DNA of 20,000 nt from the NCBI GenBank assembly GCA_003344405.1, contig NOWV01000283.1:46670-66669 (forward strand), in the 5' to 3' direction. The translations under genes and the position numbers were made by a program. Shown piece by piece: positions 19,878 to 20,000 of the stretch. The DNA comes from Trichoplax sp. H2 (taxonomy: Eukaryota). Position 1 is the stretch's first letter; each line of letters begins with the position of its first letter. The notes beneath the pieces are model-generated. The model had not been told where the DNA came from, searched no databases, and saw nothing but the letters and a program-made list of their open reading frames with translations.

Positions 19878-20000
19878 CGAATCTAGCGAATCTCTTAGGA
19901 AGCTTCAAACTGGAAATAGGATAGATGATTTGTATAATATAAAGGTGTTAATTTCATAGCTACCTGTCTAGATATGTATGCAATTAAACTTTCTTGTAAT

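Larger units (their letters stand above)
16540..19910 (-). pseudogene. Decayed multi-exon WD40-repeat-like gene on the minus strand
   Basis: By-eye motif matches only. Exon-like 19209-19165 (tttag|NFFSLSFGSWIRSIE|gtaagt) joins in phase to 17097-16990 (ttgtag|FGVKGFYIPSARNDELQKL...HHVDI|gtattg). Further fragments are RDSLIKIF (16664-16641), HREDLTS* (16612-16589), QRII/SGAS/TLK (16578-16541), ESDGISIW (~19411-19387) and DPITALSCPND (~19843-19811). Stops and frameshifts are numerous. Confidence 0.45.

Overview
AT-rich eukaryotic DNA. The intronless, widely spaced genes, the Kozak-like starts and the spliceosomal signals argue against a prokaryote. The 'GHNHPDVAxSYNNIGxVYxxQGKYEEAISMYEKSLKIQLSVL' repeat type resembles the expanded TPR families I recall from the placozoan Trichoplax, but this taxonomic call is inference only. 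The window is a cluster of 42-aa TPR (kinesin light chain/nephrocystin-3-type) genes. It holds a probable terminal exon (323-736, +), a 1357-aa gene with about 29 indel-free 126-bp units (2766-6839, -) followed by a decayed repeat tail, a frameshifted TPR pseudogene fragment (7948-8550, -), a ~705-aa gene (9955-12072, +) and two short paralogues (14338-15123 and 17652-18425, +). The four complete genes share an N-terminal ~120-aa cap of three divergent TPRs, followed by arrays of very different length (~29, 13, 3, 3 units). In the long array, variation is concentrated on one helical face, as expected of a diversifying binding or receptor family. Not visible in the ORF track: the minus strand from about 16.5 to 19.9 kb (perhaps down to 9.3 kb) carries decayed, spliced WD40-like exons. 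One predicted splice junction reconstitutes a WD40 repeat across an intron that contains the last TPR gene on the opposite strand.
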